Below are positions 1-11,315 of a DNA stretch of 64,000 nt, piece by piece. The DNA is taken from sequence record SRR20825010_791; one strand, given 5' to 3'. The notes under the pieces are model-generated. The model ran no database searches, had not been told where the DNA came from, and worked only from the letters and a program-made list of their open reading frames with translations. The position numbers were made by a program, and so were the translations under genes. Positions within the stretch are counted from its first letter, which is position 1. Each line of letters starts with the position of its first letter.

Positions 1-2
1 GG

Positions 3-21
3 TTCAAAGGGTATAAATTAT
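3..21 (-). promoter_or_regulatory. Putative HTCS/AraC-type operator copy facing a divergent promoter outside the window
   Basis: TTCAAAGGGTATAAATTAT (3-21) is the exact reverse complement of ATAATTTATACCCTTTGAA at 328-346. Confidence 0.55.
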
Positions 22-327
22 GATTCTTTATGTGTCTTTTGCCTCGTAGACAGGCCGTTTTACAGTATTAAAAATTCGTTCCCCCATTAACTTGTCAATT
101 TGTAGTATGGTTAAATAGGGTTTAAACTACATCCTTTCCAACCTTAAAGATTCCTTGTTAACACCAATAAAAACTACACTCTTGTTGCCCATTGGCAATT
201 AGGGTTAAAATATATGCATTTTTAAAGGCTGATTTTAGAGCATTCTTAAACTTTAAAAATGTAATTGATTTTATACTACAGAACACCTCGGCCTAATGTT
301 TTGTGCTTTTTAGGGCGTAAAGGAGTG

Positions 328-387
328 ATAATTTATACCCTTTGAATCATAATTTAAACCTTGGGCCTGGAATTCTTTTTAACATTG
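328..387 (+). promoter_or_regulatory. Putative HTCS operator (21-bp-period direct repeat) and -7-like promoter element for susC
   Basis: ATAATTTATACC (328-339) and ATAATTTAAACC (349-360), followed by TAACATTG (380-387), which resembles the Bacteroidota TAnnTTTG -7 box. Confidence 0.55.
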
Positions 388-480
388 ACTTAACAAAAAT
401 TGATGCCAAATACGTGGTATTGATTTGTTGGAAAATTCATTCACAATTAACCAATAAACAACCATTTAAATGAAACTTTT

Positions 481-3400
481 ATGATTACTCAAAAAAACAA
501 AGAATTTAGTTTAAAGTATGTTACCGGATTACTGGTAATAGTAGGGTTATTGCTCGGTGGATCAACTGGGTTAATGGCAGCCGGCACAAATAGTATTTTT
601 GGAGTTCCAATTTCGGAATTGGACAAGGACCAGCAGTTGACCATCACCGGTACTGTCACCAGTTCCGAAGACGGGATGCCGATTCCGGCAGTCAATGTTA
701 TATTGAAAGGTACCAATACTGGTACTACTTCGGATTTTGATGGAAATTACGCCATTAACGTTCCCTCGAACAATAGTGTACTTGTGTTTTCCTCTGTGGG
801 TTATGTTACCAAAGAAATTGCTGTAGGAACCAATAGGGTACTAAACATATCGTTGGATACCGATGTTAGTGCTCTTGATGAGGTAGTGGTAGTAGGTTAC
901 GGTTCAGCAAAAAAGGAAACACTTACAGGTTCTATTGAGCAGGTAAAAGCCGAGGCCTTTGAGGATTTAGCTGTAGGTAGTCCGGCGTTGGCACTACAGG
1001 GTAGAACTCCAGGTTTAGTTGTTACCCGTACTTCTTCAAGACCAGGAGACGAAGGTGTTAATTTTCTTATTCGAGGAGCCTCTTCCATTAATGGGATAGA
1101 ACCTCTTATCGTTATAGATGGTATTCCTGCAATAAATTCATCATCTTTTAATGATATGAACCCTAATGATATTGAAAACATAAGTGTTTTAAAAGGTGGT
1201 TCTGCTTCTGTATACGGTTCTCGTGCCGCTGGTGGGGTAATTTTAGTAACCACTAAAAAAGGGAAAGGGGATGTAAAGGTAGATATAAGTACCATTACAC
1301 GTATGGGCACCATAGGTATACGCCCACCATCGCCAACTATGTCCCAATATGGACAACTTTATGCAGCTGCAGCACGTGAAGATATAGCTTCCGGAAAACC
1401 ACCTCGTTATTTCTTTTGGAACGATCTTGAAACTGTAGATAGGATAGCAGCTGGAGAAGAAGGATATTATGACTTACCTATAAACGGAAGAATATGGCTG
1501 GGTGATGCTCCTAGATTCGATGAAATGTTTGGTAATTCTTATTCCAGCCAACATAACATAAGCGTATCTGGGGGTACTGAAAAAAGCAATTTTCGTGTTT
1601 CTGCAGGCTATGATGAAAATGTTGGTGGTCTGAAAGTTGCAGATGACAGTGCCGATAGATATAATTTCTCCATAAACTATGGTGTAGATATTAGTGATAA
1701 ACTAAGTCTAAATACCAATATCAGTTATTTACATAATAAATTTTCGGGACCAACATCAGGTTTGGCCAGGGAAGCAGCTACATGGGATGCACCTTTATTT
1801 CCTACTTATAACCCTGATGGACAATATTACGCAAACTTTGGGGGTGTAAATATTACGGGAGATAGAAATGCAATAGCACAGGTTAAGGATGGGGGCCGTG
1901 AGAATAAGGCGGTTGAGCAGTTTAAAATAGCTGCACAGGCCACCTATAAATTTACAGATCATTTAAATTTTACGGGATCTTATGCCATTAGTAGGCAAAA
2001 CAGCGAATATCAGGCATATGCGGTTTCAGTTCCACTTTACAGTTGGGACGGAGGTTTCTCCAACAATATAAATAATACAAGTTATATTCAAGAAGGAACA
2101 GGACCTGACAACAACGATGGTAATATTACCTATAAGAATTATAAAGGAGCGCTAAATTATACCAATAGCTTTGGGGATCATAATTTTTCCGGATTATTGG
2201 CCATAGAAGCAGAGAAAAATGAGCTAAATGAGTACAACATTAGGAGAAATGGCTTTGTTGATTATGGTGTATACGATATTGATCTAGGCGCTACCGATCA
2301 ACTGGTTACAACTTCCGGAGGGGGTAATGCCTGGGGCTTTTTCGGATATATTGGACGTTTAAACTACGATTATAAAGGGAAATATTTATTGGAGTTCCAA
2401 GGTAGACGTGATGGATCCTCAAGATTCGCAGACGGTGCAAAATGGTCTAACTATGGCAGTGTATCCGGTGGCTGGGTTATAAGTTCGGAAGAATTTTTAA
2501 TAGACAGCAATTTTGTATCATTCTTAAAATTACGCGGTGGATATGGTGAGGTAGGAAGTACCTCTGGTATTGGTAACTTCGGATATTTATCAACAGTTGG
2601 CTTTGGCACTACTGTTTTTGGTGAAACCAACGCCAATCAACAAGCAACTTCAAGAGCCAGTAGTTTATTTAGTAGTACTACAACTTGGGAACGTATTGTC
2701 TCTAAAGAAATTGGTTTGGATTTTAGATTATTTAATAATAATGTATTCGGCTCTCTGGACTTATATCAGAAAGACAATATAGGGATGCTTGTTAGAGGGA
2801 TTACACCAGATGTGCTTGGAACAGCAACGCCGTTTACCAATATAGGTACTTTAGAGACTAAAGGTTGGGAAGCCATGCTAGGCTGGCAAGGTAAAGTTGG
2901 GGATTTAGACTTTACCATTAGTGCTAATATGAGCGATTCTAGAAATGAAATTACAAAATATGAAGGGGCTCAAACAATTTTTGAAAACCTAAATGATACC
3001 GATAGATCCCGAAACATTTTAGGTAAACCAATCAACTCGTTTTATTTATGGGAAACAGATGGTTATTTTGATTCCCAAGCCGAAGTTGATGCCTATTACA
3101 GTAGTCTAACTCCGGGTGGTATATTGCCATCCCAAACTTCGAACGATGCTTTACGTCCTGGAGATATTCGAGTTGTGGATTCCAATGGGGACGGAATCCT
3201 TAATAATGAGGATTTAACCTACCAAGGGGATGCTGCTGTCCATTATGTTTATGGATTGAATTTTGATTTGAAATACAAGAATTTTGACGTTAGCGCCTTT
3301 TTTCAAGGAGCCCTTGATCATCAAATATATAGAGAGGGGTATTTCGCACAACCTTTTCAGGCAGAATGGCAGAACCAATCCAATACTTGGTTAGGTAGGA

Positions 3401-3726
3401 CATGGACTGAAGATAACCGTAATGCAGAGTTTCCTAGGTTAACTACCCAACGTGGACTATCTGCTTGGAACTATAGAAGTAAGGACCATATTTTGCAAAA
3501 TAATAGATATATAAGATTGAAATCCCTAATTGTAGGCTACAATTTTAAAGGATTACAAATAGGAAATACACCTATTAATACAGTCCGTATTTATTTTTCA
3601 GGAAATGATTTGTTTGAAGCTACCAGTGTAAAGGATGGTTATGATCCTGAATTTCAACGTAGTTCAAATAACAGCGCCTATCCATTTATGCGTACATGGG
3701 CCTTAGGTTTAAAAGTATCGCTGTAA
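481..3726 (+). CDS. susC: SusC/RagA family TonB-dependent outer-membrane transporter
   Basis: Carboxypeptidase-like N-domain (GTVTSSEDGMPIPAVNVILKGT), LDEVVVVGYG, plug motif DIENISVLKGGSASVYGSRAAGGVILVTTKKG, RRDGSSRF, C-terminal beta strand; SusD follows. Confidence 0.97.
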   Translation: MITQKNKEFSLKYVTGLLVIVGLLLGGSTGLMAAGTNSIFGVPISELDKDQQLTITGTVTSSEDGMPIPAVNVILKGTNTGTTSDFDGNYAINVPSNNSVLVFSSVGYVTKEIAVGTNRVLNISLDTDVSALDEVVVVGYGSAKKETLTGSIEQVKAEAFEDLAVGSPALALQGRTPGLVVTRTSSRPGDEGVNFLIRGASSINGIEPLIVIDGIPAINSSSFNDMNPNDIENISVLKGGSASVYGSRAAGGVILVTTKKGKGDVKVDISTITRMGTIGIRPPSPTMSQYGQLYAAAAREDIASGKPPRYFFWNDLETVDRIAAGEEGYYDLPINGRIWLGDAPRFDEMFGNSYSSQHNISVSGGTEKSNFRVSAGYDENVGGLKVADDSADRYNFSINYGVDISDKLSLNTNISYLHNKFSGPTSGLAREAATWDAPLFPTYNPDGQYYANFGGVNITGDRNAIAQVKDGGRENKAVEQFKIAAQATYKFTDHLNFTGSYAISRQNSEYQAYAVSVPLYSWDGGFSNNINNTSYIQEGTGPDNNDGNITYKNYKGALNYTNSFGDHNFSGLLAIEAEKNELNEYNIRRNGFVDYGVYDIDLGATDQLVTTSGGGNAWGFFGYIGRLNYDYKGKYLLEFQGRRDGSSRFADGAKWSNYGSVSGGWVISSEEFLIDSNFVSFLKLRGGYGEVGSTSGIGNFGYLSTVGFGTTVFGETNANQQATSRASSLFSSTTTWERIVSKEIGLDFRLFNNNVFGSLDLYQKDNIGMLVRGITPDVLGTATPFTNIGTLETKGWEAMLGWQGKVGDLDFTISANMSDSRNEITKYEGAQTIFENLNDTDRSRNILGKPINSFYLWETDGYFDSQAEVDAYYSSLTPGGILPSQTSNDALRPGDIRVVDSNGDGILNNEDLTYQGDAAVHYVYGLNFDLKYKNFDVSAFFQGALDHQIYREGYFAQPFQAEWQNQSNTWLGRTWTEDNRNAEFPRLTTQRGLSAWNYRSKDHILQNNRYIRLKSLIVGYNFKGLQIGNTPINTVRIYFSGNDLFEATSVKDGYDPEFQRSSNNSAYPFMRTWALGLKVSL

Positions 3727-3764
3727 GGTATAGATATCTAATATTTAAATTAAAAAACATTCAA

Positions 3765-5549
3765 ATGAAAAAAGTAATATATAAAGTACTACCATGTGTT
3801 ATGGTACTCTTTGCATCTTGTGCAGACGAATTTATAGATTTAACACCGCCGGCATCTATCACAGATGAGGTTTATTATACCGAAGCTGAGCATTTTTTAA
3901 CAGGCTCCAACAGGTTTTATACCAACTTAATAGGATGGTCTGACCAAGGCATTTATGCAGATCACGGTTCCGATTTGGTAGGTTATACCGAAGACGGTGG
4001 GATGCAGGATTATAGTAGGGGAGACACTCAGGCACCTGAAGCTGACCCTTATTACTCAAATGCCTATTCGGCCATTAGGGACATGAACCTTTTGCTTGCA
4101 AGAGCTGAGACTTATGATGGGGAAGGAAGTATCACAGAATATGTAGCCGCAACTAAGTTTCACAGAGCTTGGCAGTATTTCTTTTTAGTACAACGTTTTG
4201 GAGGTGTTACTTTGGTAACCGAACCTCTAGATGTTGATTCGGAAGAATTATATGGGCCACGCAATAGTAGATATGAAGTTGTTGCCCAAATTATAGCTGA
4301 TCTTGATGATGCTATTGCCGGTTTACCTACAGAACAGGAAATTAGTTCTTCTGACAAGGGAAAAATCAGTAAATGGGCAGCCATGGCATTTAAAGCTGAA
4401 GTGTTGTTACATGAGGCAACTTGGATGAAATATGTAGGTGATAGTACGGATGGTGATGGTATAAGTACTGGAGCTGGTAGCGCTGGATTTGATACGGGCA
4501 AAATAAACACCTATTTACAGGAAGTTGCCACTTTAACAAAAACGGTTATGGATCAAGGTGGTTATGAGCTTTGGAACCATAATGATGATCTAGATAATTT
4601 GAGTTCAAATTTCTTATTCAATCTGGAAGACGGCGGATCAAACCCAGCTGGCTTGGACAAGGCGTCCAACAAGGAGTTTATTTTTTATAATAAATACGAT
4701 TTTACTTTTAGACAGGCAGGGACATTGGTAAGTCATGTTTTCGAAGGAAGGGTAAAGCCCAGCAGAAAAATGATGGATATGTTTTTATGCGATGATGGGT
4801 TACCAATCGATCAGTCTTCAAGGTTTCAAGGATACGCAGATACACAAGATGAGTACCAGAACAGGGATTTAAGAATGAGAGCTTATTTTACTTATCATAA
4901 AAACCTTGGTGAGATACCTGAAACTGGAGATGTGACTTTAAACGGAACAAATAACTTTGGGTATTTCAATTCCAAGTTCATGAGTTGGAAATGGGGTACG
5001 GATGAAGCTTATAGAGCCACGACTACTGAAGCCTATGACATGCCTTTTATACGTCTGGCAGAAGTATATTTAATGTATGCAGAGGCTTTGTACGAATTAA
5101 ATGGAAGTCTTACAGATGCCCAAATGAACGAGTCTATAAATTTGGTTAAGGCAAGGGCCGGATTACCACCTATCAGCAATACTTTTTTAGCTGTAAACGG
5201 CATGGATATAGGAACGGAAATTAGAAGGGAACGTACTATTGAGCTTTATGCAGAGAGTGCAACAAGGTTTAACGACCTAAAAAGATGGGGAATTGCTGAG
5301 GACGAATTAGGGCAAACCATATATGGGGCAGTTATAGAAGGTACTGCTTATGAAGGAAACACCGCTTTATATAATCCCAGTGCATATGGTTTTGGAGAAG
5401 CAACGACCACAACCGGAGTTGGCCCTAGAAGAGCTCTCATAGTACAGCCTTCATCGATTCGTAATTTTTCTAGAGATAATTATTTATTCCCGATACCTAC
5501 GTCCCAAACAGGTTTAAATGATAAATTACTTCAAAACCCAGGATATTAA
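3765..5549 (+). CDS. susD: SusD/RagB family surface lipoprotein
   Basis: Start moved to ATG 3765 (MKKVIYKVLPCVMVLFASC lipobox); IRLAEVYLMYAEA, RRERTIEL, RFNDLKRWG, LFPIP, terminal QNPGY. Confidence 0.95.
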   Translation: MKKVIYKVLPCVMVLFASCADEFIDLTPPASITDEVYYTEAEHFLTGSNRFYTNLIGWSDQGIYADHGSDLVGYTEDGGMQDYSRGDTQAPEADPYYSNAYSAIRDMNLLLARAETYDGEGSITEYVAATKFHRAWQYFFLVQRFGGVTLVTEPLDVDSEELYGPRNSRYEVVAQIIADLDDAIAGLPTEQEISSSDKGKISKWAAMAFKAEVLLHEATWMKYVGDSTDGDGISTGAGSAGFDTGKINTYLQEVATLTKTVMDQGGYELWNHNDDLDNLSSNFLFNLEDGGSNPAGLDKASNKEFIFYNKYDFTFRQAGTLVSHVFEGRVKPSRKMMDMFLCDDGLPIDQSSRFQGYADTQDEYQNRDLRMRAYFTYHKNLGEIPETGDVTLNGTNNFGYFNSKFMSWKWGTDEAYRATTTEAYDMPFIRLAEVYLMYAEALYELNGSLTDAQMNESINLVKARAGLPPISNTFLAVNGMDIGTEIRRERTIELYAESATRFNDLKRWGIAEDELGQTIYGAVIEGTAYEGNTALYNPSAYGFGEATTTTGVGPRRALIVQPSSIRNFSRDNYLFPIPTSQTGLNDKLLQNPGY

Positions 5550-5576
5550 TTAGTAGTTTTAGTTAGTTTGTTAAAG

Positions 5577-5612
5577 GCAGCCATAGCTTTATGTTATGGC
5601 TGCTCTTTTTTT
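5577..5612 (+). terminator. Intrinsic terminator after susD
   Basis: Stem GCAGCCATAGC / GTTATGGCTGC followed by TCTTTTTTT. Confidence 0.85.
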
Positions 5613-5683
5613 GGTAGGCATTGGGTTAAAATATCTATTTGTCCAATCTTGGGAAAGCATCTAAAACATGCGGTTAAACGTGA

Positions 5684-8600
5684 TTAATTTTGCTTAACCT
5701 TGGATTTTTGTTCCATATATTCTGTAGGGGTCATGTCAAAAAGTTCCCTGAAGGTCTTGCTAAAATAGGCGGTAGAATTAAAACCGCTCATATAGGTAAC
5801 CTCCTTTATGGAGTATTGGTTACTTTGTAATAATTCGGAAGCGTACCTTAGCCTTATGGTACGTATAAAGTGGCTTGGGTTATTGCCCGTGAGCGAATTT
5901 ATTTTTCGGTACAGTTGGGATCTACCTATGCCCAATTCGTTGGAGAGGTCCTCTTGTTTAAAATCTACGTTGCTAATATTTTTGATGATCGTCTTGGTGG
6001 CCTTGTCCAAAAACACCTCGTCTATATTATTTGATGTTACCTCCGAAGATGGAAATAAACCTCCAATTTCCGCAAACCGTTCCCTTAGTCTATTTTTGGT
6101 TGCCAGTAAATTGCTCATCCTAGCCTTCAATACACTGGTTACAAAAGGTTTGGCCAGATAGCCGTCTGCACCACTTTCATAACCCTCTATTCTATCATTG
6201 TCCAAGCTTCTTGCCGTTAGTAGGAGCACAGGGATATGACAGGTATCAAAATCCTTTTTTATTTCCTTGCACAATTCAAAACCATCCATTTTGGGCATCA
6301 TAACATCACTAATAATAAGATCCGGAAAGATTTTTTTTGCTATTTTCAACCCTTTACTGCCATTGGCTGCTTCTTTAATATCGTAATCATCCTGTAGATC
6401 CGAGGCAAGGTGTCTTCGCAGTTCATTATTGTCCTCAACGATTAGGACGGTAGGTAATTTTGCATTTTTGTCCTTAGCTTTTTTTCTTATTGCAATAGCA
6501 TCCTCACCAGCAATACTCATTTCATACTCCACCGCATTCATAGAGTTGATCAGGAATTCATTTTTTATATTCTCTACATTTTCAAGCTCGGAATCATAGT
6601 TTAAAGGCAGTTTTACGGTAAACTTGCTTCCTTTTTTACGTTGGCTCTCCACCGTTATCTCACCTTTGTGAATACCCACCAAGGCCTTGGTAAAATTTAG
6701 TCCTATTCCTGTACCCGATGTTGTACTATCCGGGTGATAGAACCTACTAAAAATATTTTTTAGTTGCTCTTTGTCCAGCCCCACCCCACTGTCGGCAATG
6801 ATTATTTCGATATATTCCCCTAACCTCTCATTTTTTGACCAAAACCCTTGCTTACTTTTGTTTGTGGATGATCTCTTGTTCACTGAAACACTTATGGAGC
6901 CCCCTCTTTCCGTAAATTTTATAGCATTGGAAATTAGGTTGGTAATTATTTTTTCTACTTTGTCAAAATCAAATACGGTGGCTATAGTATGGGTATCGGC
7001 CTGAAAACTATAGTTCAATTCTTTTCTCGTGGCCAAGGGTTCGAAAAGAGAATAGATGTCTTCGCAGAATTTAACAATATTCCCCTTTTCCAATTGCAAG
7101 GGAGACATACCAACATCCATTTTTCTATAATCCAGTAATTGGTTTACAAGGTGTAACAGTCTTCTTGCACTGCGTTGAATGGTTAATGCGGAAGATTTAA
7201 TGGCATCGGAATCTGGGACACTGGATATAATTTTGTCCACCGGATTTAAGATCAATGTTAGTGGAGTCCTAAACTCGTGGGAAACATTGACAAAGAATTC
7301 CAGCTTGGTTTTATCCAGCTCCCTTCTTTGGGAGGCCTTTACCCTTAGGGTATAGAAATTGATCAGTGCCCAGAATAGGAGTCCTCCTACAATGGTGTAA
7401 ATGATCTTCATCCACCAGGTCTGCCAAAAAGGAGGTAATATTTTAATATCAATTCTAGATGAGTCGGCATCCGCCCATTGGCCGTCCAAGGAAGCTTTTA
7501 CCTCAAAGGAATAATTCCCGGGTTTTAGATTGGAGAGGTTCACTACCCTGTTGTTACCGGTATCTATAAAATCATCATCCAAACCATCCATTTTATAGGC
7601 ATATTGTACCAATTCGGGATTTTCGTAATGGAGTGCTACAAACTCGAACGAGATATAATTTTCATCGTACTTTAAGGTTATATCCTGCACTTGGTTGATC
7701 GATTTGTCAAGGAGTATCCTTCCGTTTACAGAATCGCTTGGATTGATTTTTATATTATTGAGCTTAAAACTGGTAATGTACGGACTAAGTTTTGGTACGG
7801 ATTGAAGCTCAAAATTATTTGGGTCAAAAATGTTAAACCCGTAAATACCTCCAATGATAATGCGCCCGTCCTTGGTCTTTTCAATGGATTTGCTCTGAAA
7901 CTCCAAACCCTGGAGACCATCGTGTTCGTTAAAATTTCTAAATTGATGGGTAACCGGATTCAATAGGGAAAGACCACTTTTTGTGGTTATCCAAAAATTG
8001 TGGTTGTTATCCTCCTTTATCCCTACCACTAGATTATTGGGAAGCTCGTTCTGGGTAGTGTAGGACCTTATTGCTTTTAGGTTTTCATCAAGTTTAAAAA
8101 TTCCATTGTCCGTTCCCAACCAAATATTTCCCAAATGGTCCTCGGTAATATAGTTTATTCCAGTTCCCTCAATACCATTTTCTTTTATTAAGGAAAATTC
8201 GATTTGTTCCGGAGCATATTCTTTCTGGTTATTAAGTTCTATATAATTTAAGCCAAGTGATGTACCTATCAGCAAACGATTTTTAGAATCGATGAAGAGA
8301 CAAAAGACGAAATTACTGGCCAATCCATTCTCTTTATAAGCCGTGTTCTTGTAGTTTTTAAATTGTCCTGTCTTCTGGTCCAACATACTTAGTCCCTCTG
8401 TTCTAAGTCCAAACCAAAGCCTATTTTTGTCGTCTTCTACCCCTGTCCATACAGAGCTTTCGCCAATTGAATTGAGATCCGATGAATTATGGAGATATCG
8501 TTTGAACGTCTTAAGTTCAGGGTCAAATTTATTTACTCCTCCATCCAAGGTACAAACCCAAATATGGCCTGTGGAAGATTCAAAAGTATACAGTATTTTG

Positions 8601-9862
8601 TTGGAACTTAGGGAATTTGGGTTCTTTGGTTCGTGGCTAAAATGGCTATAGGTTAAATTCTTCTCGTCAAATAGATTTAGTCCACCGTTATAGGCACTGA
8701 TCCAAATTCTTTCCTTGGAATCCTCTAAAACGGACTGGACTATTTTCTCATTTAGACCATTGGGGTTATTTGGTTGGTAATAATAATGGCCGAAGAAAAA
8801 TTTTGTGGGGTCCAATTTACTTACTCCCTTGTCATAACTTCCTATCCATAAAATATCATTCTTGTCTTCATAGATTACAGAGGGCTTGTCATTGGGTATT
8901 GAAAACGGGTCAAAAGGATCGTTTTTAATATTTTGAATCGGTTTTATATTGCCCTTTTCGAAAAGAAACAGGCCATGTCCATCTGTTGATACCCATACAA
9001 TTCCATTTTTATCTTGATGGAAATCCCGAATGGGAACATTTCCATCCACCAAGGAAAGAGGAGTAAATTTATTGTCCTTTTTGGTCCACAGGATTATATT
9101 GGACAAGTTATTGCCTATCCAGAAATCGTCATTGGAGTCTATGTATACATTTTTGGGCAGATGGTTTAGTTCATAGGGTTCTGGCACATTGATGTGGATT
9201 CTATCAAAATTATCCTTCTCCGGATCGAATCGATTAAGATATTGCCCGTTGGTCACAAACCACAGGGCATTTTGCCTATCCTTTATTATGAAATTTACAC
9301 TGTTGTTGTCCAAGGAGTGGGGATTTGAAGCTTCATTGGAATAATAGGAGAAGGTCAACTTTTTGCCATCGCTCGGGTTATTCTGTAAGTCGATTTTAAT
9401 GACCCCGTTATTGGTGGCTACCCAAAGGGTATTGGTGGCCAATTCATACCACAGATCGTTAATTATTTTTCTAGGGCTTTTGGACAGTGACTGTTCTCCG
9501 TATAGGCTGATACGATGAAACCTATTGGTTTTTTTATCCAAGAAATTAAGTCCGTTGCTCGTACCCACCCAAAGATTACCAAATTTGTCCTCACTTATGG
9601 CATTAATTCTATTGTTGCTAATTGAAGTGGAATCGTTTAAGACAGACCGGTAAATTTCGAAACCATAACCGTCATATTTATTTAGACCATCAATGGTTCC
9701 AAACCACATAAATCCATCACGATCTTGAAAAATAGCCGCACAGGTACTGCTAGAAAGGCCATCTATAGTATTTAAATTTTCAAATTTGAGATTGTTAAAT
9801 TGACCCAATAACGACTGGGATACAAAACAAACCAAAATAACTGCACATGCGCGTAGGATCAT
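5684..9862 (-). CDS. Hybrid two-component sensor kinase/response regulator (HTCS, AraC output)
   Basis: Signal peptide, repeated WIGT/WVGT propeller units, Y_Y_Y-like domain, TM helix, HEFRTPL, GTGIGL, receiver DVMMP, C-terminal AraC HTH (GFNSTAYFSKTF). Confidence 0.97.
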   Translation of the reverse strand: MILRACAVILVCFVSQSLLGQFNNLKFENLNTIDGLSSSTCAAIFQDRDGFMWFGTIDGLNKYDGYGFEIYRSVLNDSTSISNNRINAISEDKFGNLWVGTSNGLNFLDKKTNRFHRISLYGEQSLSKSPRKIINDLWYELATNTLWVATNNGVIKIDLQNNPSDGKKLTFSYYSNEASNPHSLDNNSVNFIIKDRQNALWFVTNGQYLNRFDPEKDNFDRIHINVPEPYELNHLPKNVYIDSNDDFWIGNNLSNIILWTKKDNKFTPLSLVDGNVPIRDFHQDKNGIVWVSTDGHGLFLFEKGNIKPIQNIKNDPFDPFSIPNDKPSVIYEDKNDILWIGSYDKGVSKLDPTKFFFGHYYYQPNNPNGLNEKIVQSVLEDSKERIWISAYNGGLNLFDEKNLTYSHFSHEPKNPNSLSSNKILYTFESSTGHIWVCTLDGGVNKFDPELKTFKRYLHNSSDLNSIGESSVWTGVEDDKNRLWFGLRTEGLSMLDQKTGQFKNYKNTAYKENGLASNFVFCLFIDSKNRLLIGTSLGLNYIELNNQKEYAPEQIEFSLIKENGIEGTGINYITEDHLGNIWLGTDNGIFKLDENLKAIRSYTTQNELPNNLVVGIKEDNNHNFWITTKSGLSLLNPVTHQFRNFNEHDGLQGLEFQSKSIEKTKDGRIIIGGIYGFNIFDPNNFELQSVPKLSPYITSFKLNNIKINPSDSVNGRILLDKSINQVQDITLKYDENYISFEFVALHYENPELVQYAYKMDGLDDDFIDTGNNRVVNLSNLKPGNYSFEVKASLDGQWADADSSRIDIKILPPFWQTWWMKIIYTIVGGLLFWALINFYTLRVKASQRRELDKTKLEFFVNVSHEFRTPLTLILNPVDKIISSVPDSDAIKSSALTIQRSARRLLHLVNQLLDYRKMDVGMSPLQLEKGNIVKFCEDIYSLFEPLATRKELNYSFQADTHTIATVFDFDKVEKIITNLISNAIKFTERGGSISVSVNKRSSTNKSKQGFWSKNERLGEYIEIIIADSGVGLDKEQLKNIFSRFYHPDSTTSGTGIGLNFTKALVGIHKGEITVESQRKKGSKFTVKLPLNYDSELENVENIKNEFLINSMNAVEYEMSIAGEDAIAIRKKAKDKNAKLPTVLIVEDNNELRRHLASDLQDDYDIKEAANGSKGLKIAKKIFPDLIISDVMMPKMDGFELCKEIKKDFDTCHIPVLLLTARSLDNDRIEGYESGADGYLAKPFVTSVLKARMSNLLATKNRLRERFAEIGGLFPSSEVTSNNIDEVFLDKATKTIIKNISNVDFKQEDLSNELGIGRSQLYRKINSLTGNNPSHFIRTIRLRYASELLQSNQYSIKEVTYMSGFNSTAYFSKTFRELFDMTPTEYMEQKSKVKQN

Positions 9863-10343
9863 TGCTCACAATTGATGTTTAAAAACTACTGGTCTAGGCC
9901 TATGAATTTGAGAAATCTTTATCGTAGTTACCAGGAGGATACTACTGGCTCTTTCGGCTACAATATAAGCACAAATAAACAAACTTAAAACTCATCAACC
10001 TTCCTGATTTTGAATGCGGCCTTAGCGCTTAAGCAGAAAGTCTTAAATATTGCTTAAGCTTTTTTTATGACAACATATGACTTGCCGGTCTATTTGGCCA
10101 GACTACCATCCATTACGGAATAGGACCGGATATAGTTCTAAATTATGGCTTCTTATACCGGAAAAAAGGTGAAGGACAATCTAAATTTAATATGTATATT
10201 TAAAAGTATAATTTTTAGAATCAATACTGGTTTAGCTATTTGGAAAGGGTATGGCCAAGCTTTTTGGCCTAAGATTTTCTTTCTATTTTGGTTAAGGTTT
10301 TTATCTAAGGGGATTAAAATAGCATTGGTCATACTTTATTTAA

Positions 10344-11315
10344 ATGAACATGAATTATAAGATGAGTTCTTTTATTAAATGCGGATTAACAGGTATATGT
10401 TTAGTATTGTGTATTGTAGGATGTAAGGAAAAACAGGAAAAGGACCCTAAAATCGATTTGGGTGAAATGGGGCAAGAGGAAAAATCAGGATTGTACCAAA
10501 GCAGGGAATTTACAGAACCTGCCCTCTTTCCATCTGGAATTGAGGGACCTGCAGTGGATGCCAGCGGGGTACTGTACGCCGTTAATTTTGAAAAAGCCGG
10601 TACCATAGGTCAGGTGGATGCTAACGGAGAGGCGTCGCTGTTTATAAACTTGCCTGAAGGCAGCATTGGCAACGGTATCCGTTTTAATAGCAAGGGCCAC
10701 ATGTTCATAGCAGATTATACAAAACATAACATATTGAAGGTAGACATGGATTCTAAAGAGGTTACTGTTTTTGCCCACAATAATACTATGAACCAGCCAA
10801 ATGATGTTGCAATAATGGACAATGATATACTCTTTGCCAGTGATCCCGATTGGAAGAATTCAAAAGGGCAGATCTGGAGAATAGACACCGAGGGAAGCAT
10901 AGCGCTGTTGGAAGGGGATATGGGAACCACCAACGGCATTGAGGTTAGTCCGGATAACAAAACACTTTATGTTAACGAATCGGTACAGCGCAATGTTTGG
11001 GCCTACGACCTTTCTCCTACTGGGGATATAAGCAATAAACGGCTTCTTATCAAATTTGAAGATTTCGGAATGGATGGCATGCGCACCGATGTGAAGGGCA
11101 ATCTGTACATCACTCGGCATGGCAAAGGAACTGTGGTTAAGGTGTCGCCCGAAGGCAAAATTCTACAGGAAATCGAACTGAAGGGCAAAACTCCTTCCAA
11201 TATTGCCTTTGGAGGAAAGGACGGCACTAAGGCCTTTATAACCCTTCAGGACAACGGCAATTTTGAAACCTTTGATACGGAAGATCCGGGAAGGGAATTT
11301 GTGATGAAGAAGTAG
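10344..11315 (+). CDS. SMP-30/gluconolactonase/LRE family lipoprotein
   Basis: CIVGC lipobox; EGPA, PND, NGI, DGM metal-ligand motifs of the six-bladed propeller; true start may be a downstream Met. Confidence 0.9.
   Translation: MNMNYKMSSFIKCGLTGICLVLCIVGCKEKQEKDPKIDLGEMGQEEKSGLYQSREFTEPALFPSGIEGPAVDASGVLYAVNFEKAGTIGQVDANGEASLFINLPEGSIGNGIRFNSKGHMFIADYTKHNILKVDMDSKEVTVFAHNNTMNQPNDVAIMDNDILFASDPDWKNSKGQIWRIDTEGSIALLEGDMGTTNGIEVSPDNKTLYVNESVQRNVWAYDLSPTGDISNKRLLIKFEDFGMDGMRTDVKGNLYITRHGKGTVVKVSPEGKILQEIELKGKTPSNIAFGGKDGTKAFITLQDNGNFETFDTEDPGREFVMKK

Noticed and set aside
3696-3764. N-terminal extension of SusD in the ORF track
   Set aside because: Overlaps the susC end; ATG 3765 gives a normal lipoprotein signal.
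10145-10360. 71-aa plus-strand ORF
   Set aside because: Lies in the AT-rich divergent promoter region, has no recognisable motif and overlaps the lactonase start.
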